This document shows, piece by piece, positions 1 to 10,991 of a stretch of DNA of 55,922 nucleotides. The notes below the pieces were generated by a model that was not told the DNA's origin, made no database searches, and saw only the letters and a program-made list of their open reading frames with translations. Source of the DNA: a bacterium (GTDB lineage Bacteria; JACRDZ01; JAQUKH01). The stretch lies in contig JAQUKH010000015.1 of NCBI GenBank assembly GCA_028719205.1, positions 1 through 55,922 on the forward strand, given 5' to 3'. Numbering within the stretch: position 1 is the stretch's first letter; every line of letters begins with the position of its first letter. Made by a program: the position numbers and the translations under genes.

Positions 1-914
1 GGTTTCTAAGTATACCGCCTGAAAGGCTGATAAAGACACTTTTTTATAAAATTGACAAAGAACTGGTGGCTGTTCTTATTCGCGGGGACCTGATCTTAAA
101 TGAGGCGAAATTATCAAATCATTTTGGCGGGAAAGAAGTAGCGCTCGCGAAAGAAGAAGAAATAATTGGAGTTACCGGGTCTCCGGTTGGTTTTATAGGG
201 CCTGTTGGTTTGAAGGATATAAAGATCCTGGGTGACCGGTCAATTGAGAAAATAGTTAATGGTGCCGCCGGCGCGAATAAAAAAGATAAACATATAATAA
301 ATGTAAATTATAAAAGAGATTTTTCAGCAAATGAGCTGATCGATCTTGTAAAAGTCAAATCGGGTGATATGTGCCCGCGATGCCGTGGAAAACTTGAGAT
401 CGTAAAAGGGATCGAGGTCGGGCATGTTTTTAAGTTGGGGCTTAAATACAGCAAAGCGCTTAAAGCGGTTTTTCTTGATGAAGACGGCAAGGAAAAATTT
501 ATTGTTATGGGATGTTATGGAATAGGGGTAAGCAGGACAGCCGCCGCGGCGATCGAACAGAATCATGATAAGGATGGAATAATCTGGCCTATGCCTTTGG
601 CGCCTTACCAGGTTCTTATCACGCTTTTGGATGTTTCCGATGAGATGACAAAAAAATTGGCGGAGAGTTGTTATCAGGAACTTATTCAAAGCGGTATTGA
701 AGTTTTATTTGACGATCGCAACGAAAAACCGGGAGTAAAATTTAAGGATGCGGACCTGATCGGGATTCCTATAAGAATAACGATCGGCGCTAAACGGGCA
801 GTTAATAATGAGGTTGATATAAGGTTGCGGAATACCGGTGAAGTTAAGATAGCAAAAACAACAGATTTACTGAGTGAGGTAAATAAAATTATTTTGCAAA
901 GCAAGGGGGCATGA
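1..914 (+). CDS. proS: Proline--tRNA ligase, C-terminal part (5' end outside window)
   Basis: Frame is open from position 3 (FLSIPPERLIKTLFY...); INS/editing region, GIEVGHVFKLG, MGCYGIGVSR and anticodon-binding DDRNEKPGVKFKDADLIGIP motifs. Confidence 0.97.
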   Translation, partial: FLSIPPERLIKTLFYKIDKELVAVLIRGDLILNEAKLSNHFGGKEVALAKEEEIIGVTGSPVGFIGPVGLKDIKILGDRSIEKIVNGAAGANKKDKHIINVNYKRDFSANELIDLVKVKSGDMCPRCRGKLEIVKGIEVGHVFKLGLKYSKALKAVFLDEDGKEKFIVMGCYGIGVSRTAAAAIEQNHDKDGIIWPMPLAPYQVLITLLDVSDEMTKKLAESCYQELIQSGIEVLFDDRNEKPGVKFKDADLIGIPIRITIGAKRAVNNEVDIRLRNTGEVKIAKTTDLLSEVNKIILQSKGA

Positions 915-921
915 CCCCTTG
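902..921 (+). promoter_or_regulatory. Hairpin immediately upstream of rimP, possible leader structure
   Basis: caagggg-gcatga-ccccttg overlaps the proS stop and ends 13 nt before the probable rimP ATG. Confidence 0.4.
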
Positions 922-934
922 TCCGGAATTGTTT

Positions 935-1405
935 ATGTTTGATAAAGAAGCTTTAGAAAAAATAAAAGAAATTATCCGGCCGGTTATTGAAGGAGATAAC
1001 CTGGAATTTGTGGGTATTGAGTTTAAAGTAGAATGCGGGCGCAAGATCTTAAGAATTTTTATTGATAAAGAAAATGGCGTTAATGTGGAAGATTGTGCTA
1101 AAATAAGCGGCAGGATAGATTCTTTATTAGATAGCTGTGCTTTTGTTTCCGGAAGTTATTGCCTTGAGGTTTCCTCTCCCGGGCTTGACAGGCCTTTGTT
1201 TGGAGAACCGGATTTTAAAAAATTCGAAGGCAGCCTTGTTAAAATTAAGATTAGCCACGCGATAGACGGGCAGAAAAATTTTATCGGATATTTAAGAGGT
1301 TGTAAGGATCAGAATATAATATTGGAAGAAAAATGTTCGGGAAAAAATTTTGAGATAAATCTGAGTAATATTTCAAAGGCAAAATTAGAAATAGATGTAT
1401 TGTAG
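935..1405 (+). CDS. rimP: Ribosome maturation factor RimP
   Basis: LRIFIDKENGVNVEDCAKIS and YCLEVSSPGLDRPL motifs; lies upstream of nusA; ATG 935 preferred over 911. Confidence 0.95.
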   Translation: MFDKEALEKIKEIIRPVIEGDNLEFVGIEFKVECGRKILRIFIDKENGVNVEDCAKISGRIDSLLDSCAFVSGSYCLEVSSPGLDRPLFGEPDFKKFEGSLVKIKISHAIDGQKNFIGYLRGCKDQNIILEEKCSGKNFEINLSNISKAKLEIDVL

Positions 1406-1450
1406 GGGTTCAAAATTTTGAACCCTTATGAAGTATCACGGGAGACAGAG

Positions 1451-2803
1451 ATGACTGATAAGTTAGTTGAAGCGTTAGAGCAGTTAGGCAGGGAAAGAGG
1501 TTTGGATCGCGAGGTTCTGATAAATACCTTGCATGTAGCTTTTTTATCCGCCGCGAAAAAGACTTTTGGATATATCATTAAAGCCAGCAGCCTTGAGATC
1601 AAAGAGGATGCGGACGGCCATATTAGTGTCAATTGGATAAAAAAAGTCGTTGATGATCCTAAAGAATTTTTTGAGATAGACCTGAAAACCGCCAAAAAGA
1701 TAGATCCGGAAGTAAAATTAGGTGATGAAGTTAAGGTCGCGTTATCTCCCGCGGATTTTACAAGGACCGCGGCCCAGACGACAAAGCAGATAGTTATCCA
1801 GAGGATCAAAGAGGCGGAGAGAGATAATATTTATAAGGAGATCAAGAAAAAAGAAGGCGATATCATTACCGGGAATGTTGAGAAAATAGAACGGAATTAT
1901 ATTAATATATTGTTAGGAAAAGTAGAGGGTGTTTTATCTTATAGAGAACAGGTAAAGAATGAAAAATATATGGTGGGTGACAGAATAAAGGTGTATGTGG
2001 TTGAGGTTGTTAAATCGAGTAAAGGCCTTCAGGTAAAACTCTCGCGGTCTCATCCCGGATTAGTAAGAAGGCTTTTTGAGCTGGAGGTTCCCGAGATCGG
2101 GGAAAAGACCGTAGAAATAAAAAATATAGTTCGTGAACCCGGAGAGAGGACAAAAATAGCGGTTTATACTAAAAACGCGAATATTGATCCGGTTGGGGCA
2201 TGTGTAGGTATGAAAGGGAGCCGGATACAAGCTATTACGAAGGAATTAAGAAATGAAAAATTGGATATTATACAATGGTCGGAAAATGATACCGAGTTTA
2301 TTATCCATGCTTTAAGCCCCGCGAAAATAACCAGAGTGATACTGGACAGGGAGACTAAACGGGCCTTAGTCATAGTTCCGAATGACCAGTTATCGCTTGC
2401 TATCGGCAAAAAGGGACAGAATGCGAGGCTCAGCGCGAGGTTGACTAATTGGAGAATTGATGTAAAAAATGAAGATGAATTTAAAGAGGTTCAGCGCCAG
2501 ACTTTGAGCAAGATATTTAAAGATAACCCGGATACGCAGGAAGATGTGTCATTATCTTCACTCGAGGGTATAGGCGAAAAAACCATTCACAGGCTCGAGG
2601 CGGCCGGAATGCACAACCTTTCAGATATTAAAAAGGCCGGAATAGAGCAACTTGAGACTATTGAGGGAATCGGAAAAAAGACTGCGGAAAAACTTTTACA
2701 TATGGCTGAAGAAAATACAGGTACTGAAAAGCAGGAGCCTGAGGCGGAAAAAGAGGCGGATGATAAAAAGGATGACAATTCCGGGGCAGAATTTAATAAA
2801 TAG
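1451..2803 (+). CDS. nusA: Transcription termination/antitermination factor NusA with C-terminal HhH extension
   Basis: AAQTTKQIVIQRIKEAER, REPGERTKIAV, DPVGACVGMKGSR, SLAIGKKGQNARL; GGAG SD before ATG 1451. Confidence 0.97.
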   Translation: MTDKLVEALEQLGRERGLDREVLINTLHVAFLSAAKKTFGYIIKASSLEIKEDADGHISVNWIKKVVDDPKEFFEIDLKTAKKIDPEVKLGDEVKVALSPADFTRTAAQTTKQIVIQRIKEAERDNIYKEIKKKEGDIITGNVEKIERNYINILLGKVEGVLSYREQVKNEKYMVGDRIKVYVVEVVKSSKGLQVKLSRSHPGLVRRLFELEVPEIGEKTVEIKNIVREPGERTKIAVYTKNANIDPVGACVGMKGSRIQAITKELRNEKLDIIQWSENDTEFIIHALSPAKITRVILDRETKRALVIVPNDQLSLAIGKKGQNARLSARLTNWRIDVKNEDEFKEVQRQTLSKIFKDNPDTQEDVSLSSLEGIGEKTIHRLEAAGMHNLSDIKKAGIEQLETIEGIGKKTAEKLLHMAEENTGTEKQEPEAEKEADDKKDDNSGAEFNK

Positions 2804-2819
2804 AAAAAAGGCAGGTATA

Positions 2820-4919
2820 ATGAGGGTTCACGAGTTAGCTAAAAAAATAAATGTTCCAAGCAAAAAACTTATTGACGGGCTTAGGCAGTTAGGTGTTGAC
2901 ATTAAGAGCCATATGAGTGTTCTATCTGAGGACACGATCCAGATGGTTCTTACTGCTATGAATGATGAGAAAAAGAAAATCAGTGAGCCCGTTAAAGCGA
3001 AACCGGTTAAGGAAACAAAAATTTCTCCTGTTACTAAAGCTATTCCCAAAGTCTCAAAAAAAGAACCTCTGAAAAAAACGGAAACTGAAGAGCAGATAAC
3101 CGAAGACATATCTGAAAAAAAAGAAATTCTGAAAGAAACAGCGAAAAAAGAAGAAATAAAAGAGAAAAAGAATGTCTTAAAAATCAGCGGGGATTATATT
3201 ATTGTAAGTGAATTAGCGAATAAATTAAATAAAGAACCTTCCGAGGTTATTAAAAAATTAATTGATTTTGGCGTCATGGCAGCTATTAACCAGCGGATAG
3301 ATATGGATACCGCGGGAACAATTGCCGCTGAATATGGATTTGAAATAGAATCAGCACCTCTTTTTGGAGAGGAAATTATTGTAAAAGAAGAAAAAGAAGA
3401 TCCCGCTAAATTAAAACACAGGGCTCCTATCGTGACAATTATGGGGCATGTTGATCACGGTAAAACAAAACTTCTTGACGCTATCAGAAAAACCAATGTT
3501 GTCGATCAGGAATCAGGCGGTATTACACAGCATATCGGGGCATATCATGTAAAATCAGATAAAGGAACTATAGTTTTTCTTGATACACCGGGCCATGAGG
3601 CATTTACCGCGATGCGCGCGAGGGGAGCAAAGGTTACTGATATTGTTATTTTAGTTGTCGCCGCGGATGATGGAGTAATGCCTCAGACAAAAGAGGCTAT
3701 TGACCACGCTAAAGCGGCTAATGTGCCGATAATCGTGGCTATCAATAAAATAGATAAAAAAGAAGCTAATCCGATGCGGGTAAAACAACAGCTTAGTGAT
3801 TACGGATTAAGCCCTGAGGATTGGGGCGGAAAAACAATTTTTGTGGAAGTTTCAGCCTTGATGAAAAAAGGTATTTCAGAACTGTTGGATATGATCCTTC
3901 TTCAGGCAGAGATGCTGGAATTAAAAGCTAATCCGGATCGCCCTGCTAAAGGGACCATAATTGAGGCTTCAATGGATAAAAAACGCGGTGTTATTGCCAC
4001 AGTTCTTATCCAGCAGGGAACGCTTCATGTAGGTGATCCGTTCATCAGCGGGCATTGTTTTGGAAAAGTGAAGGCAATGGTTGATGATTGGGGAAAAAGA
4101 TTGAAAGAAGCGGGCCCGTCAACGCCTGTTCAAATAATGGGAATTTCAGAATTGCCTCAGGCCGGAGACCTGTTCTATGTCGTGAATGATGAAAAAACGG
4201 CCCGTCAGATAGGTATAAAACGCAGAGAGATGGATCGTGAAAGAGGCCTTGGGGAAAAAGGGCATATTAAACTGGGTGAGGTATTCAGCAAGATCCAGCA
4301 GGGTGATATGAAGGGCCTTAATATTGTAATTAAGGCGGACGTGCAAGGTTCGATCGAGGCTTTGCAGGGGTCATTAGAACAACTCTCTACTCCAAAGGTT
4401 AAGCTCAATGTTATCCATAGCGGAGTGGGAGCAATTACTGAAAGCGATGTTTTGCTGGCGTCCGCGTCAAACGCGATCATTATAGGATTTACTGTCCGTC
4501 CCGAACCGAAAGTTAATGATCTTGCGGTAAGAGAAGGTATTGATATAAGGCTGTATAGGATCATATATGATATTATTGACGATGTCCGCAAGGCAATGGT
4601 AGGATTATTAGACCCGAAATTTAAAGAAGTAGTTTCCGGCAGGGCTGAGATCAGAGAAGTATTTCGTATTCCAAAGGGGAACATAGCGGGGGTATATATA
4701 ACTGACGGTAAAGTTACAAGGTCCTCTTTTGTCAGATTGCTTAGAGATAATGTTGTTGTGTTTGAAGGTACGATTTCATCTCTTAAAAGATTTAAGGAAG
4801 ACGCGAAAGAAGTGTCTGCCGGATATGAATGCGGGCTGGGCCTTGAAAATTATAATGATATTAAACAAGGCGATATTCTTGAGTTCTATGTTAAAGAAAC
4901 AGTAGCGCAGGAATTGTAA
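2820..4919 (+). CDS. infB: Translation initiation factor IF-2
   Basis: MRVHELAK N-terminus, [23 protein letters not shown] 2820 after GCAGGT. Confidence 0.98.
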   Translation: MRVHELAKKINVPSKKLIDGLRQLGVDIKSHMSVLSEDTIQMVLTAMNDEKKKISEPVKAKPVKETKISPVTKAIPKVSKKEPLKKTETEEQITEDISEKKEILKETAKKEEIKEKKNVLKISGDYIIVSELANKLNKEPSEVIKKLIDFGVMAAINQRIDMDTAGTIAAEYGFEIESAPLFGEEIIVKEEKEDPAKLKHRAPIVTIMGHVDHGKTKLLDAIRKTNVVDQESGGITQHIGAYHVKSDKGTIVFLDTPGHEAFTAMRARGAKVTDIVILVVAADDGVMPQTKEAIDHAKAANVPIIVAINKIDKKEANPMRVKQQLSDYGLSPEDWGGKTIFVEVSALMKKGISELLDMILLQAEMLELKANPDRPAKGTIIEASMDKKRGVIATVLIQQGTLHVGDPFISGHCFGKVKAMVDDWGKRLKEAGPSTPVQIMGISELPQAGDLFYVVNDEKTARQIGIKRREMDRERGLGEKGHIKLGEVFSKIQQGDMKGLNIVIKADVQGSIEALQGSLEQLSTPKVKLNVIHSGVGAITESDVLLASASNAIIIGFTVRPEPKVNDLAVREGIDIRLYRIIYDIIDDVRKAMVGLLDPKFKEVVSGRAEIREVFRIPKGNIAGVYITDGKVTRSSFVRLLRDNVVVFEGTISSLKRFKEDAKEVSAGYECGLGLENYNDIKQGDILEFYVKETVAQEL

Positions 4920-4925
4920 TTAAAA

Positions 4926-5282
4926 ATGAAATCGATTAGATTAGAAAAAATTAATTCACTTTTACGCGAAGAGATAGGCAGTATTATCCAGAGAGACCTG
5001 AAAGATCCAAGAATAGGGTTTGTTTCAGTTCTTGAGGTCAGGACCAGCCCGGACCTTCGCGAAGCCAGGGTTTTTGTCAGTATTTTTGCCGATGAGGAAA
5101 ATAAACGGAAAACAATTAAAGGCTTAAAAAGCGCATCCGGATTTATTCATAAAGAAATTAAAGACAGGTTGAGGTTAAGGAATATCCCGAACATTATTTT
5201 TGAATTGGATGATTCCATTGAAAAGGGCGCGCATATTTTGGAATTAATAGATAAAATTTCCCGGGAAGAAAAGATAGAATAA
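4926..5282 (+). CDS. rbfA: 30S ribosome-binding factor A
   Basis: LKDPRIGFVSV...SPDLREARVFVS...LRNIPNIIFELDDSIE; follows infB. Confidence 0.96.
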   Translation: MKSIRLEKINSLLREEIGSIIQRDLKDPRIGFVSVLEVRTSPDLREARVFVSIFADEENKRKTIKGLKSASGFIHKEIKDRLRLRNIPNIIFELDDSIEKGAHILELIDKISREEKIE

Positions 5283-6256
5283 TGAACGCGTTAAGAGTCA
5301 TTGCAGAAACGATTAAAAAAGGCAGCAGCTTTTTATTTGTAAGCCATATAAATCCTGATGGGGATTCCATTGGTTCACAGTTAGCTCTTGGGAAAGTCTT
5401 GGAAGGTTTCGGGAAAAAGGTAACTATTTTAAATCAGCATCCGGTTCCGGATATATATAATTTTCTTTATGGAAGCGGGAAGATAAAAAATGAAATTTCA
5501 CCTTCGGAAAGTTTTGATATCGCTGTTGTTCTGGACGCGAGCGATAAAAATCGCTTAGGGGATGTGGTTAATAAAGCCCTGGAGAAGGTTCCTTTTATAA
5601 TAAATTTGGATCATCATGTAAGCAACAATAAGTTCGGGCAATTGCAGTATTTAAACCAGCAGGCGTCAGCCACAGCTGTTATTGTTTATGATCTGATTGT
5701 TCTTTTAAACGGAAAGATAGACAAAGATATCGCGGAATGCCTTTACACGGGTATTTTGACTGATACAGGTTCGTTCCATTATTTAAATACAGACGCTAAA
5801 AGTCATCAGGTGGTGGCCGAAATCCTTAAATATGGAATAAGTCCGAACAAGATCTATGAAGAAATATATGAGATCTTTAATTTAGTTTCAATAAAACTTT
5901 TAGGTTTGGCATTGTCAAGTATTGAGATGGATAAGACGGGAAAGATTGCCTGGATGAAAATAAGGAAAAGTGATTTTAATCTTTCCAGCCTCACCAACGG
6001 AGAAACGGAAGGTTTTATTAATTATGTTCAGATGTTAAAAGGTGTAAAAGTTTCTCTTTTCTTTAAAGAACTGGTGAATGATAAGAAGCAATTGGTAACT
6101 AAGGTAAGTTTTCGTTCCAAAGAGGATGTAGACGTAAATAAGATCGCAAGCGGGTTTAATGGCGGCGGGCACGCGCATGCCGCCGGTTGTGTAGTTTTGG
6201 GTGATATGGATACCGCGTTGGATAAGGTTATTAAGGAAGTGGAGAAATACATTTAG
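5282..6256 (+). CDS. nrnA: DHH/DHHA1 bifunctional oligoribonuclease / PAP phosphatase
   Basis: HINPDGDSIGS, DHH, TDTGSF, GGGHAHAAG motifs. Confidence 0.92.
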   Translation: MNALRVIAETIKKGSSFLFVSHINPDGDSIGSQLALGKVLEGFGKKVTILNQHPVPDIYNFLYGSGKIKNEISPSESFDIAVVLDASDKNRLGDVVNKALEKVPFIINLDHHVSNNKFGQLQYLNQQASATAVIVYDLIVLLNGKIDKDIAECLYTGILTDTGSFHYLNTDAKSHQVVAEILKYGISPNKIYEEIYEIFNLVSIKLLGLALSSIEMDKTGKIAWMKIRKSDFNLSSLTNGETEGFINYVQMLKGVKVSLFFKELVNDKKQLVTKVSFRSKEDVDVNKIASGFNGGGHAHAAGCVVLGDMDTALDKVIKEVEKYI

Positions 6257-7149
6257 TGGATGGTATTCTAAATATTAATAAGCCCGCGGGAATGACATCT
6301 CATGATGTTGTTGATTATATTAGAAGAATTACTAATATAGAAAAGGTTGGGCATACGGGTACGTTAGATCCTGACGCGACCGGAGTTTTACCGGTATGTA
6401 TCGGGCGGGCTACAAAGATCGTTCAGTTCCTGATAAATGAGAATAAGTCTTACAGAGTAACTTTATTACTCGGTGTTTCTACAAGTACTCAGGATATTTC
6501 AGGGAACGTTGTAAAAGAAGTTAAAAATTTTAATATTACTCAGAAAGATATCGAAGATATATTAATTTCTTTTACAGGGGATATCGAACAGATTCCGCCT
6601 ATGGTTTCGGCTTTGCGTATAAATGGGAAAAGGTTATATAAGTTAGCCCGCCAAGGCAAAGAGGTGGAAAGAGAAGCCAGAAAGATTACTATTTACAAAA
6701 TAGGCCTTTTGGAAGTAAAATTACCTTATGTAAGCCTCGAGATCGATTGTTCAAAAGGAACTTATGTAAGAACTCTATGTTCTGATATCGGAGACCGGCT
6801 TGGAATGGGTGCTTGTCTTTATGATCTTGTCAGAACAAGATCGGGGAGATTTGATCTTAATAACGCGGTTGGATTAAAAGATATAAAAGATATAGAAACT
6901 TTAAAAAATAATTTAAAGCAAATGAATGAGGTGCTTGATCATTTGCCGATGATCAGGGCATTGTCAGGCGGAATAAAATTGCTCAGGCTTGGAAAGCCTC
7001 TGACGGAAAATAATATTTCCTTTTTTCCCGGTATATCAGGTACTCAGAATTTATATCGTTTATATCAGGATAAAAGTCCGGAGCTTTTGGGTATAGTTGA
7101 AAAAGTTTCTAAGGAGGGTAAAATTTTTAAGATCGTAAAATGGTTATAA
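6256..7149 (+). CDS. truB: tRNA pseudouridine(55) synthase
   Basis: NKPAGMTSHDVV, GHTGTLDPDATGVL, QIPPMVSA, CSKGTYVRTL; GTG start. Confidence 0.96.
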   Translation: MDGILNINKPAGMTSHDVVDYIRRITNIEKVGHTGTLDPDATGVLPVCIGRATKIVQFLINENKSYRVTLLLGVSTSTQDISGNVVKEVKNFNITQKDIEDILISFTGDIEQIPPMVSALRINGKRLYKLARQGKEVEREARKITIYKIGLLEVKLPYVSLEIDCSKGTYVRTLCSDIGDRLGMGACLYDLVRTRSGRFDLNNAVGLKDIKDIETLKNNLKQMNEVLDHLPMIRALSGGIKLLRLGKPLTENNISFFPGISGTQNLYRLYQDKSPELLGIVEKVSKEGKIFKIVKWL

Positions 7150-7191
7150 TTAAAAATTGGGGTTTAATTTTCAGGAAAGGAAGGAGTTTTT

Positions 7192-7461
7192 ATGTCATTA
7201 ACTAAAGAAGTAAAAAAAGAAGTCGTTGAAAAATTTAAAAAACATGATAAAGATACTGGATCTGTGGAGGTTCAAATTGCTTTGTTGACCCAGAGGGTAA
7301 ATGAGTTGACAGAGCATTTTAAAGCTCACATCAAAGACCATCATTCAAGGCGGGGGCTTTTAAAAATAGTCGGCCAGAGGAGAAGGCTGTTAAATTATCT
7401 GCAGCAGAAAGATCAGGCCAAGTATCAGGAGATCATTAATAAATTAAATATTAGAAAATAA
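7192..7461 (+). CDS. rpsO: 30S ribosomal protein S15
   Basis: [13 protein letters not shown]...[31 protein letters not shown]. Confidence 0.99.
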   Translation: MSLTKEVKKEVVEKFKKHDKDTGSVEVQIALLTQRVNELTEHFKAHIKDHHSRRGLLKIVGQRRRLLNYLQQKDQAKYQEIINKLNIRK

Positions 7462-7504
7462 AAATAGCAATAAGTAGTTAGTGTCGAATAGAAAAGGAAA
7501 AAAT

Positions 7505-9613
7505 ATGAAAAAAATGGAATTGGAATTAGGCGGTAAAAAGTTGATCATTGAGGTAGGGCATCTGGCCAAACAGGCCAATGGCGCGGCGTTAGTCAGATAT
7601 GGAGATACTGTTCTTTTAACTACAGTGGTAATGGCAAAGGAACCAAAAAAGGATATAGATTTTTTCCCTTTATCAGTTGAATACAAGGAAAGGACTTATG
7701 CCGCGGGTAAGATACCCGGAGGTTTTTTTAAACGGGAAGGCCGGCCGACGACAAAAGAAATACTTACATGCCGCCTGGTTGACAGGCCGCTCCGTCCGCT
7801 TTTCCCGAAAGGTTTTAAACATGATGTGCAGATCGTTCCTATGGTGCTTTCCGTGGACGGGGTCAATCCGCCGGATATATTATCTATTATTGGCGCGTCA
7901 GCCGCTCTTACTTTTTCAGATATACCTTTTTATGGGCCGGTCGGCGCTGTAAGAGTTGGAAGGGTTAATGACCAGTTTATTTTAAATCCGGGTTATGAAG
8001 ATATGGCAAAAAGCAGTTTAAATATTGTTATTGCCGGTAAAAAAGATGCTGTTTTGATGATAGAAGCTGAAGCAAATGAGGTTGCGGAAGAGGTTATTAT
8101 TGACGCGATAAATTTCGCCAAACCTTTTATTACGAATATTATAAAGTTCCAGGAAGAATTTGCCAGAGAAGTCGGCAAGGCTAAGAGAGAAGTGATAATT
8201 TCCTCAATATCTGAAGATATAAAAACTAAGGTTGATAACTTTGCGCGGGAAAAAATGAAGAAGGCTCTTGATACTTCAGATAAAAATCTTATGAAGGAGA
8301 ATTTATCAAATCTTGAAAAAGAGGCGATGGAGCATTTTAAATCCGGTTTTAGCGAAGATGAAAAAGGTGAATTGATAATAAATAATATTCTTGAGGAAAT
8401 GGAGAAGGGAATAGTCAGGAATAAGATCTTAAATGAATCAAAAAGGACGGATGGACGTTCTTTAACAGATATCCGCCAGATAACCTGCGAGGTAGGAGTA
8501 TTGCCGAGGACTCATGGTTCAGGCCTTTTTACACGCGGACAAACACAGAGTTTATCCGTCGTTACGCTTGGAACAACGCAGGATGAACAAAGAATGGATG
8601 ATCTTGAAGGTGAATCTACCGAATCTTTTATGCTGCATTATAATTTTCCTCCTTTCAGTGTGGGTGAAGTCGGAAGATTCTCGGGGCCCGGAAGAAGGGA
8701 GATCGGCCATGGCGCGCTGGCTCAAAAAGCTCTTAAGTCTATTTTGCCTACGTCAGATAAATTTCCTTATACGATCAGGCTCGTGTCGGAAATTTTGGAA
8801 TCAAACGGTTCATCATCCATGGCTACGGTATGCGCCGGGACATTGAGCCTTATGGACGCGGGTGTTCCTATAAAATCTCCTGTTGCGGGTATAGCGATGG
8901 GATTAATCAAAGAAGGCAATAAAGTAGCGATACTTTCTGATATTCTCGGACAGGAAGACCATCTGGGCGATATGGATTTTAAAGTCGCGGGAACCAGAAA
9001 CGGCATAACAGCCTTACAGATGGATATAAAAATAGACGGGCTTGATGAAAGTATTATGAAGACCGCGCTGAGCCAGGCAAAAGCAGGAAGATTATTCATA
9101 CTTGGAAAAATGGAAGAGGTAATTTCAAAACCAAGAGCTGATATATCGAATTACGCGCCGAGAATAATAATAATCCAGATCGATCAGGCGAAGATCAAAG
9201 ATGTTATCGGGCCCGGAGGGAAGATCATCAGGGGAATTATTGAGCAGACGGGAGTAGAGATAGATATCAAGGATAGCGGACAGGTTTATATATCATCTGT
9301 GAGCGTGGAATCAGCGAAGATGGCGCAGGATATGGTGGAATATCTTACCCGTGATGTGAATATCGGTGAAATATATACCGGAAAAGTTACCCGGGTAGTT
9401 AATTTCGGAGCCTTTGTCGAGATCCTTCCCGGAAAAGAAGGATTGGTCCATGTTTCCCAGTTGGCGGACCATCATGTTAAAAATGTTGAAGATATTGTGA
9501 AAGAAGGCGATGAGATTTTAGTTAAGGTAATAGAGATTGACAATCAGGGAAGAATTAATTTAAGCAGAAAAGCCGCTCTCACACCCGAAAAATTAAGGGA
9601 TGAAAAAAAGTAG
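7505..9613 (+). CDS. pnp: Polyribonucleotide nucleotidyltransferase
   Basis: GKIPGGFFKREGRP, RREIGHG, ESNGSSSMA, GDMDFKVAG, plus KH and S1 domains. Confidence 0.98.
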   Translation: MKKMELELGGKKLIIEVGHLAKQANGAALVRYGDTVLLTTVVMAKEPKKDIDFFPLSVEYKERTYAAGKIPGGFFKREGRPTTKEILTCRLVDRPLRPLFPKGFKHDVQIVPMVLSVDGVNPPDILSIIGASAALTFSDIPFYGPVGAVRVGRVNDQFILNPGYEDMAKSSLNIVIAGKKDAVLMIEAEANEVAEEVIIDAINFAKPFITNIIKFQEEFAREVGKAKREVIISSISEDIKTKVDNFAREKMKKALDTSDKNLMKENLSNLEKEAMEHFKSGFSEDEKGELIINNILEEMEKGIVRNKILNESKRTDGRSLTDIRQITCEVGVLPRTHGSGLFTRGQTQSLSVVTLGTTQDEQRMDDLEGESTESFMLHYNFPPFSVGEVGRFSGPGRREIGHGALAQKALKSILPTSDKFPYTIRLVSEILESNGSSSMATVCAGTLSLMDAGVPIKSPVAGIAMGLIKEGNKVAILSDILGQEDHLGDMDFKVAGTRNGITALQMDIKIDGLDESIMKTALSQAKAGRLFILGKMEEVISKPRADISNYAPRIIIIQIDQAKIKDVIGPGGKIIRGIIEQTGVEIDIKDSGQVYISSVSVESAKMAQDMVEYLTRDVNIGEIYTGKVTRVVNFGAFVEILPGKEGLVHVSQLADHHVKNVEDIVKEGDEILVKVIEIDNQGRINLSRKAALTPEKLRDEKK

Positions 9614-10868
9614 TTTTTATTCCCACGAGACTTTAAAGAACGGGCTTAAGGTAGTTATGGAAAAAATACCTTATGTCCGTTCTGTTTCTTTAGGCCTGTG
9701 GGTTGAGGCCGGGTCCCGTGATGAAAATAAAAATGAAAGCGGTTTTTCACATTTTATAGAACATCTCCTTTTTAAAGGAACAAAGAAGCGGGATGCGCGC
9801 TCTATCTCTTCTGAATTAGAAAGTGTCGGCGGACGGCTGGATGCCTTTACCGGCAGGGAATATACCTGCCTTTCCGCCAGGGTTCTCGATACCCACCTTG
9901 ATCTCGCGCTTGAGCTCATCTCGGATCTTTATCACAATTCAACTTTTCCAAGAGACGAACTGGAACGTGAACGGCAGGTGGTTCTCGAAGAGATCAAAAT
10001 GTCGGAGGATATCCCCGAGGATTTTATTTTTGATATTTTCAATGAGTCCATTTATCCGGACAACAGTTTAGGCAGGCCGATCCTTGGCTACCGGGATATT
10101 ATCCTGAAATTGTCACGCGATAAAATTTTTGATTTTTATAAAAAATATTACGATCCCTCTAAAACTATTTTAGCGCTCTGCGGAAATTTCTCAGAGAAGC
10201 CTTTTATTGAGAAAACAAAAAAATATTTTAAAAGTCCCGGAAGTAAAATAAGTTTTCCGGCGAAAATTACTCCCGAATATCACCAGGGAATAAAAGTCCA
10301 TACAAAAAAGTTAAATCAGGTCCATATCTGCCTTGGAGCCGAAGGATTAGAGTTCGATCATAAAGACAGGTCGGTAATACAGGTTTTGAACGTGATGCTC
10401 GGAGGAAGCATGAGTTCCCGCCTTTTCCAGGAGATCCGTGAGAAGAGGGGCCTAGCGTATTCAATATATTCCTGCCAGAGTTCGCATAAGGACAGCGGCG
10501 CGATAATGATCTACGCGGGCACTGCTAAAGACAAGGCTAATGAGGTGGTCGCTCTGATACTAAAAGAATTGAATAGCGTTAAAAGAGGAAAGATAACTCA
10601 GGCTGAAATGAATCTTTCAAAAGAACAGTTAAAAGGCAACATCGTTCTTGGCGCTGAAAGCACTGAAAACAGGATGATGAGGCTTGCCACTTGTGAATTT
10701 TATATGCGTAAATATATTTCCCTCGAAGAATCAATAGCCGAGATCGATAAGGTTAAAAAAGACGACGTGATAAGGTTAGCCGCCCAAATTTTCAATCCCT
10801 CAAAATTAAATCTTACCTGCCTGGGCCCGGTCAGTAAAAAAGAAATTTCATTCAATAATTTTAAATAA
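9600..10868 (+). CDS. M16 family (pitrilysin-like) zinc peptidase
   Basis: HFIEH inverted zinc motif, SSRLFQEIREKRGLAYS; usual position after pnp. Confidence 0.93.
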   Translation: MKKSSFYSHETLKNGLKVVMEKIPYVRSVSLGLWVEAGSRDENKNESGFSHFIEHLLFKGTKKRDARSISSELESVGGRLDAFTGREYTCLSARVLDTHLDLALELISDLYHNSTFPRDELERERQVVLEEIKMSEDIPEDFIFDIFNESIYPDNSLGRPILGYRDIILKLSRDKIFDFYKKYYDPSKTILALCGNFSEKPFIEKTKKYFKSPGSKISFPAKITPEYHQGIKVHTKKLNQVHICLGAEGLEFDHKDRSVIQVLNVMLGGSMSSRLFQEIREKRGLAYSIYSCQSSHKDSGAIMIYAGTAKDKANEVVALILKELNSVKRGKITQAEMNLSKEQLKGNIVLGAESTENRMMRLATCEFYMRKYISLEESIAEIDKVKKDDVIRLAAQIFNPSKLNLTCLGPVSKKEISFNNFK

Positions 10869-10929
10869 ATAACGCTGAAAACTCAGGCGCTCCGATTTAT
10901 CGGAGTCGCCTGAAGTGCTGTTGTTAAAA
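10867..10929 (-). mobile_element. Integron attC site (distal)
   Basis: Minus strand TTTTAAC-aacagc-ACTTCAGGCGACTCCGATAAATCGGAGCGCCTGAGT-tttcagc-GTTATTT: R'' and R' boxes flank an imperfect hairpin with extrahelical bases. Confidence 0.75.
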
Positions 10930-10991
10930 TTTTAATTTATGTTAATCTTTTATATTTTTGTAAATTTTCTTAAATTTTTATATTTCTGTTT

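Noticed and set aside
2652-2819. N-terminal extension of infB in the ORF track
   Set aside because: Overlaps the nusA 3' end; the conserved MRVHELAK start with an SD is at 2820
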